Origin: the human T2T-CHM13v2.0 reference genome, Homo sapiens
DNA: 64,000 nucleotides
Reading direction: 5' to 3' (one strand)
NCBI RefSeq assembly: GCF_009914755.1
Contig: NC_060948.1
The notes beneath the pieces are model-generated. The model was given only the letters and a program-made list of their open reading frames with translations. It was not told where the DNA came from and made no database searches. Made by a program: the position numbers and the translations under genes. Shown in pieces: positions 56,101 to 64,000 of the stretch (its first letter is position 1; each line of letters starts with the position of its first letter).

Positions 56101-56571
56101 TCTAATGCAATAAAATCGACTCAGATAGAGTAGAATGTAATGGAATGGAGTGCAGTGCAATGGAATGGAATGGAATGCAATGGAATGGAATGGAATGGAA
56201 TGGAATGGGATGGAATGGTATGGAATGGATAGTAATGGACTGGAGTGAAATGGACTGGAAAGGAATGGACTCAAATTGAAAGGGCTCGAAAGGAATGGAG
56301 TCAAATGGAATGGTCTGGAATGGAATGAACACGAATGTAATGCAATCTAATAGAATGGAATCGAATGGCATGGAATATAAAGAAATGGAATCGAAGAGAA
56401 TGGAAACAAACGGAATGGAATTGAATGGAATGGAATTGAATGGAATGGGAACGAATGGAGTGAAATTGTATGCAGTAGAAGAGAATAGAATGGAATGCAA
56501 GCAAAAAGAAAGGAATGGATTGGAATGGAATGGAATTCATTGGAATGGAAGGGAATGTAGTGTAATGGACA
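53105..56571 (+). repeat. DYZ1 unit 16, 3467 bp (deleted variant)
   Basis: Indels sum to -62: +5, +1 (~54780), -52 (54808/54809), -20 (~55340), -1 (~55549), +5. Confidence 0.92.
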
Positions 56572-59500
56572 GGCCTGGAATAAAGTGGAATGCTACGGTC
56601 TCGAATGGAATAAAAATGTATGGAATGGAATGCAATGAAACGGAATCGAATGTCATAGAATGTAATGGAATGCAAAAAAATGGAATCCAAAATCATTGAC
56701 TGGAAAGGCTGGGTGTCGAAAGGAATTGACTCCAATGGAATGGAATCGAATGGAATGGAAGTGAATAGAATCGAACTAAATCGAATGGAAAGGAATTGAT
56801 AGTAACGGAATGGAAAGGAATGAAATGATTTGGCATGGAATGGAATCGAATGGCATCGAATGGAATGGAATGGAATGCAATGCAATGGAATGTATTAGAA
56901 TGTAATGAACTTTAATGGAATGTACTCGAATGGATTCGACTGGAATGGAATGTTCTGGAAGTGAATGGACTCCAATGGAATGGATTGAAAAGGAATGGAA
57001 TCGTACGGAATGGAATCTAATGGAATGGAATTAAATGGAAATGAATCAAATTGAATAGCACGGAATTGAATTGAATGGAATCGAATGCAATGGAATCTAA
57101 TGAAACGGAAAGGAAAGGAATGGAATGGAATGGAATGGGCTGGAATGGAAAGGAATCGAAACGAATGGAATGGAATCGAACTGAAGAGACTGGAATGGAA
57201 TGCACTGGAATGGAAGGGAGTGTAATGGAAGGTTCTCGAAAAAAATGGAATCGAATGGAATGGAATTGAATGGAACGGAATAGAGTCGAATGGAAATGAA
57301 TGGAATGGAATGGACTAGAGTGAAATGGAATCGAACCACAAGGAATGGACAGGAATAGAATGGTCTCGAATTGAACGGAATCGTATGGAATGGCATCAAA
57401 CGGAATGGAATGGACAGCCACGGAATGGAATGCACTCGAATACAATGGAGTGGAAACTAATAGACTGGAATGGAATGGACTCGACTGGTACGGACTCCAA
57501 TGGAATGGAATCGAATGGAAGGGAATCGAACGGAATGGACTCGAAGGGAAAAGACTGCAATGGAAAGGTCTCGAATGGAATGGAAATTAATGGAATGGAA
57601 TGGAATCGAATGAAATGGAGTCAAATGGATTGGAATCGAATGGCAAGAAATCGAATGTAATGGAATCGCAAGGAGCGGATATGAACGGAACGGAATGGAA
57701 TGGAATCCAAAGGAATGGAATAGAATGGAATGGAATCGACTGGAAAGGACTCGAATGGAAATCACTCGAATGGAATGAAATTTAATAAAATAAGATCAAA
57801 TGTAATGGAATGGAATGGAAAGGAATCGAAACGAAAGGAATGGAGACAGATGGAATGGAATGGAACAGAGAGCAATGGTATAGAATGGAATGGTATCATC
57901 TGGAATGGAATTGAATGGAATGGAATAATATGAAATGGAATGGAATGGAATGGAATGCCCTTGAATTAAATGGACTGGAATGGAATGGACTCGAACAGAG
58001 TGGAATGGAAAGTGTTGAGATAGAATGGAATGGACTCGTTTGGAATGGTCTAGTATGCAATGCAATCGACTGGCAGGGAATCAAAAGGAATGTAATCGAA
58101 TGGATTGGACTGGAATGCAATGGACTCGAATAGATTGGAAACGGAATGCAAAGGAATGGAATGGAATAGTATGGAATGGAATGGAAAGGAATGGAGTGGG
58201 ATAGACTAGAGTGGAATAGAATGGACTCGAAAACAATGGACTGGAATGGAACTTTCTTGAATGGACTGGAATCAAACGGAATGGAATGCAATGCAATCAA
58301 ATGGCATGGAATAAAACAGAGTGAAAGAGAATCAAATGGAATTGAATCGAATGGAATCGAATGGATTGGAAAGGAATAGAATGGAATGGAATGGAATTGA
58401 CTCAAATGGAATGGACTAGAATGGAATGGATTCGAATGGAAGGCAAAGGAATGGAATCTATTGGAATGGACTGCAATGGAATGGAATGGAAGGGATTGGA
58501 ATGGACTCGAATGGAATGGACTGCCATAGAAAGGATTCGAATGGAATGAAAAAGAATTGAATGGAATAGAACAGAATGGAATCAAATCGAATGAAATGGA
58601 ATGGAATAGAAAGGAATGGAATGAAATGGAATGGAAAGGATTCGAATGGAATGCAATCGAATGGAATGGAATCGAACGGAATGGAATAAAATGGAAGAAA
58701 ACTGGCAAGAAATGGAATCGAAATGAATGGAGTGTTATGGAACGGACTCAAAAGGAATTCAATGTAATAGAATGGAGTGGAGTGGACTCGAATATAATGG
58801 ACTGGAATGGAATGAAATCACATGGAATGGGAACGAATGGAATGGAATGGAAAGGAATGGAATCGAATGGAAAGGAATCGAATGGAAGGGAATGAAATTG
58901 AATCAACAGGAATGGAAGGGAATAGAATAGACGGTAATGGAATGGACTCGAATAGAATGGACACGAATGCTCAAATTGAATGGACTCGAATGGAATGGAA
59001 ACGAAAGGAATGTCATCGAATGGAATTGAATCGATTGGAATGAAATCGCATAGAATGGAGTGGAACCAAATGGGATTGAATCGAAAGGAAAGGAAGCGAA
59101 TGGACTGAAATGAAATGGAATGGAATTGAATGGAAAGTAATGCAATGGAATAGAATGGAACGAAATTTCACGGAATGGAATCAAACTGAATGGAATCAAA
59201 TCAATGGAATATAATCAAATGGAATGGAAAGGAATTGAATGGAGTAGATGGGATTGGATGGGATTGGAATGAAATGTACTGGAAAGGACTCGAATTTTAT
59301 GAAACGGAATGGAATGAATTGGAACGGAATGGACTCGAATGGAATGGAATGTCATGGAATGGCATCAAATGGAATGGAATCGAATGCAATGGAATGCTAT
59401 GGAATGGAATGGAATGCATTGGAATGGAACGTCCTATAATGGAATGGATTCGAGTGGAATGGAATCGAATATAATGCAGTCGAATGAAATGGAATTGAAA

Positions 59501-62500
59501 GGAATGGGATCGAATACAATGGAATATAGCGGAATGTAATGTAATGAACTCGAATGTAATTGACTGGAATGGAATGTACATGAATGGAATGTAATCGAAT
59601 GGAAAGTAATCCAATGGAATAGAATCTAATGCAATAAAATCGACTCAGATAGAGTAGAATGTAATGGAATGGAGTGCAGTGCAATGGAATGGAATGGAAT
59701 GGAATGCAATGGAATGGAATGGAATGGAATGGAATGGAATGGGATGGAATGGTATGGAATGGATAGTAATGGACTGGAGTGAAATGGACTGGAAAGGAAT
59801 GGACTCAAATTGAAAGGGCTCGAAAGGAATGGGGTCAAATGGAATGGTCTGGAATGGAATGAACACGAATGTAATGCAATCCAATAGAATGGAATCGAAT
59901 GGCATGGAATATAAAGAAATGGAATCAAAGAGAACGGAAACAAACGGAATGGAATTGAATGGAATGGAATTGAATGGAATGGGAACGAATGGAGTGAAAT
60001 TGTATGCAGTAGAAGAGAATAGAATGGAATGCAAGCGAAAGGAAAGGAATGGATTGGAATGGAATGGAATTCATTGGAATGGAAGGGAATGTAGTGTAAT
60101 GGACAGGCCTGGAATAAAGTGGAATGCTACGGTTTCGAATGGAATAAAAATGTATGGAATGGAATGCAATGAAACGGAATCGAATGTCATAGAATGTAAT
60201 GGAATGCAAAAAAATGGAATCCAAAATCATTGACTGGAAAGGCTGGGTGTCGAAAGGAATTGACTCCAATGGAATGGAATCGAATGGAATGGAAGTGAAT
60301 AGAATCGAACTAAATCCAATGGAATGGAATTGATAGGAACGGAATGGAAAGGAATGAAATGATTTGGCATGGAATGGAATCGAATGGCATCGAATGGAAT
60401 GGAATGGAATGCAATGCAATGGAATGTATTAGAATGTAATGAATTTTAGTGGAATGTACTCGAATGGATTCGACTGGAATGGAATGTTCTGGAATTTAAT
60501 GCACTCCAATGGAATGGATTGAAAAGGAATGGAATCGTACGGAATGGAATCTAATGGAATGGAATTAAATGGAAATGAATCAAATTGAATAGCACGGAAT
60601 TGAATTGATTGGAATCGAATGCAATGGAATCTAATGAAACGGAAAGGAAAGGAATGGAACGGAATGCAATGGGCTGGAATGGAAAGGAATCGAAACGAAT
60701 GGAATGGAATCGAACTGAAGAGACTGGAATGGAATGCACTGGAATGGAAGGGAGTGTAATGGAAGGTTCTCGAAAAAAATGGAATCGAATGGAATGGAAT
60801 TGAATGGAACGGAATAGAGTCGAATGGAATTGAATGGAATGGAATGGACTAGAGTGAAATGGAATCGAACCACAAGGAATGGACAGGAATAGAATGGTCT
60901 CGAATTGAATGGAATCGTATGGAATGGCATCAAACGGAATGGAATGGACAGCCACGGAATGGAATGCACTCGAATGCAATGGAGTCGAAACTAATGGACT
61001 GGAATAGAATGGACTCGACTGGTACGGACTCCAATGGAATGGAATCGAATGGAAGGGAATCGAACGGAATGGACTCGAAGGGAAAAGACTGCAATGGAAA
61101 GGTCTCGAATGGAATGGAAATTAATGGAATGGAATGGAATCGAATGAAATGGAGTCAAAAGGAATGGAATCGAATGGCAAGAAATCGAATGTAATGGAAT
61201 CGCAAGGAATTGATGTCAACGGAACGGAATGGAATGGAATCCAAAGAAATGGAATAGAATGGAATGGAATCTAATGGAAAGGACTCGAATGGAAATCACT
61301 CGAATAGAATGCAATTCAATAAAATAGGATGAAATGTAATGGAATGGAATGGAAAGGAATCGAAACGAAAGGAATGGAGACAGATGGAATGGAATGGAAC
61401 AGAGAGCAATGGTATAGAATGGAATGGAATCATCTGGAATGGAATTGAATGGAATGGAATAATATGAAATGGAATGGAATGGAATGGAATGCCCTTGAAT
61501 TAAATGGACTGGAATGGAATGGACTCGAACAGAGTGGAATGGAAAGTGTTGAGATAGAATGGAATGGACTCGTTTGGAATGGTCTAGTATGCAATGCAAT
61601 CGACTGGCAGGGAATCAAAAGGAATGTAATCGAATGGATTGGACTGGAATTGAATGGACTCGAATAGATTGGAAACGGAATGCAAAGGAATGGAATGGAA
61701 TAGTATGGAATGGAATGGAAAGGAATGGAGTGGAATAGACTAGAGAAGAATGGAATGGACTCGAAAGCAATGGACTGGAATGGAACTTTCTTGAATGGAC
61801 TGGAATCAAACGGAATGGAATGCAATGCAATCAAATGGCATGGAATAAAATAGAATGAAAGAGAATCAAATGGAATTGAATCGAATGGAATCGAATGGAT
61901 TGGAAAGGAATAGAATGGAATGGAATGGAATTGATTCAAATGGAATGGACTAGAATGGAATGGATTCGAATGGAAGGCAAAGGAATGGAATCTATTGGAA
62001 TGGACTGCAATGGAATGGAATGGAAGGGATTGGAATGGACTCGAATGGAATGGACTGCAATAGAAAGGATTCGAATGGCATGAAAAAGAATTGAATGTAA
62101 TAGAACAGAATGGAATCAAATCGAATGAAATGGAATGGAATAGAAAGGAATGGAATGAAATGGAATGGAAAGGATTCGAATGGAATGCAATCGAATGGAA
62201 TGGAATCGAACGGAATGGAATAAAATGGAAGCAAACTGGCAAGAAATGGAATCGAAATGAATGGAGTGTTATGGATCGGACTCAAAAGGAATTGAATGTA
62301 ATAGAATGGAGTGGAGTGGACTCGAATATAATGGACTGGAATGGAATGAAATCACATGGAATGGGAACGAATGGAATGGAATGGAAAGGAATGGAATCGA
62401 ATGGAAAGGAATCGAATGGAAGGGAATGAAATTGAATCAACAGGAATGGAAGGGAATAGAATAGACGGTAATGGAATGGACTCGAATAGAATGGACACGA

Positions 62501-63639
62501 ATGCTCAAATTGAATGGACTCGAATGGAATGGAAACGAAAGGAATGTCATCGAATGGAATTGAATCGATTGGAATGAAATCGCATAGAATGGAGTGGAAC
62601 CAAATGGGATTGAATCGAAAGGAAAGGAAGCGAATGGACTGAAATGAAATGGAATGGAATTGAATGGAAAGTAATGCAATGGAATAGAATGGAACGAAAT
62701 TTCACGGAATGGAATCAAACTGAATGGAATCAAATCAATGGAATATAATCAAATGGAATGGAAAGGAATTGAATGGAGTAGATGGGATTGGATGGGATTG
62801 GAATGAAATGTACTGGAAAGGACTCGAATTTTATGAAACGGAATGGAATGAATTGGAACGGAATGGACTCGAATGGAATGGAATGTCATGGAATGGCATC
62901 AAATGGAATGGAATCGAATGCAATGGAATGCTATGGAATGGAATGGAATGCATTGGAATGGAACGTCCTATAATGGAATGGATTCGAGTGGAATGGAATC
63001 GAATATAATGCAGTCGAATGAAATGGAATTGAAAGGAATGGGATCGAATACAATGGAATATAGCGGAATGTAATGTAATGAACTCGAATGTAATTGACTG
63101 GAATGGAATGTACATGAATGGAATGTAATCGAATGGAAAGTAATCCAATGGAATAGAATCTAATGCAATAAAATCGACTCAGATAGAGTAGAATGTAATG
63201 GAATGGAGTGCAGTGCAATGGAATGGAATGGAATGGAATGCAATGGAATGGAATGGAATGGAATGGAATGGAATGGGATGGAATGGTATGGAATGGATAG
63301 TAATGGACTGGAGTGAAATGGACTGGAAAGGAATGGACTCAAATTGAAAGGGCTCGAAAGGAATGGGGTCAAATGGAATGGTCTGGAATGGAATGAACAC
63401 GAATGTAATGCAATCCAATAGAATGGAATCGAATGGCATGGAATATAAAGAAATGGAATCAAAGAGAACGGAAACAAACGGAATGGAATTGAATGGAATG
63501 GAATTGAATGGAATGGGAACGAATGGAGTGAAATTGTATGCAGTAGAAGAGAATAGAATGGAATGCAAGCGAAAGGAAAGGAATGGATTGGAATGGAATG
63601 GAATTCATTGGAATGGAAGGGAATGTAGTGTAATGGACA
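56572..63639 (+). repeat. DYZ1 units 17-18, 3534 bp each
   Basis: Anchors at 56572, 60106 and 63640; each unit carries +5, -15 and +15 indels relative to the 3529 bp type. Confidence 0.93.
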
Positions 63640-64000
63640 GGCCTGGAATAAAGTGGAATGCTACGGTTTCGAATGGAATAAAAATGTATGGAATGGAATG
63701 CAATGAAACGGAATCGAATGTCATAGAATGTAATGGAATGCAAAAAAATGGAATCCAAAATCATTGACTGGAAAGGCTGGGTGTCGAAAGGAATTGACTC
63801 CAATGGAATGGAATCGAATGGAATGGAAGTGAATAGAATCGAACTAAATCCAATGGAATGGAATTGATAGGAACGGAATGGAAAGGAATGAAATGATTTG
63901 GCATGGAATGGAATCGAATGGCATCGAATGGAATGGAATGGAATGCAATGCAATGGAATGTATTAGAATGTAATGAATTTTAGTGGAATGTACTCGAATG

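Larger units (their letters stand above)
1..64000 (+). repeat. DYZ1: Human satellite III array, DYZ1/HSat3A6 type (Yq12 heterochromatin); GGAAT strand on +
   Basis: Degenerate GGAAT pentamers throughout, with a ~3.5 kb periodicity visible in sequence and in the ORF track (the KNGIQNH ORF ends at 252, 3781, 7310 ... 63767). There is one conserved HaeIII and one conserved EcoRI site per unit, as in the classic male-specific 3.4-3.56 kb fragment. Every unit contains GGACAGGCCTGGAATAAAGTGGA and TTGAATGGAATGGGAACGAATGG, which I recall as the Y1.1/Y1.2 DYZ1 sexing primer sites (from memory, not searched). Confidence 0.96.

Noticed and set aside
448-63953. Minus-strand ORFs up to 322 aa (HSIPF repeats) and plus-strand MEWNG ORFs
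   Set aside because: A pure pentamer has no stop codon in any frame, so long low-complexity ORFs are expected by chance. They overlap in several frames, recur with the satellite period, are broken freely by variants and show no recognisable domain.
1-64000. CRISPR-like or otherwise novel repeat-spacer system
   Set aside because: There are no unique spacers, palindromic direct repeats or adjacent genes; all sequence is pentamer-derived and repeats every ~3.5 kb.
1-64000. HSat2, alpha satellite, telomeric repeat, DYZ2/Alu or L1 insertions
   Set aside because: No HSat2 CATTCGATGATG-type motif dominance, no 171 bp monomer, no TTAGGG runs and no AT-rich/Alu-containing DYZ2 or retroelement sequence was seen.

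Overview
The whole 64 kb window is one uninterrupted, head-to-tail human satellite III (HSat3) array built from degenerate (GGAAT)n/(CATTC)n pentamers and organised into a ~3.5 kb higher-order unit. Each unit carries one conserved StuI/HaeIII site (AGGCCT) and one conserved EcoRI site. This matches DYZ1 (HSat3A6) of Yq12 heterochromatin. Anchored on the GGCC site there are 18 complete units: 3529 bp x8, then 3499, 3529, 3529, 3539, 3539, 3549, 3564, 3467, 3534 and 3534 bp, plus partial units at both ends. I see no genes, mobile elements, DYZ2 blocks or inversions. Every listed ORF is a translation artefact of the pentamer (MEWNG on +, HSIPF on -). I found no new protein- or RNA-based system. 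The real signal is the array's evolutionary record: a homogeneous left block, staggered SNP haplotype ranges, recent out-of-phase unit duplications, a subfamily switch near 46 kb, a slippage-prone pure GGAAT tract, a non-pentamer 52 bp deletion and a hyperdivergent patch at ~57.4-58.3 kb. All comparisons were made by eye and should be confirmed by alignment.
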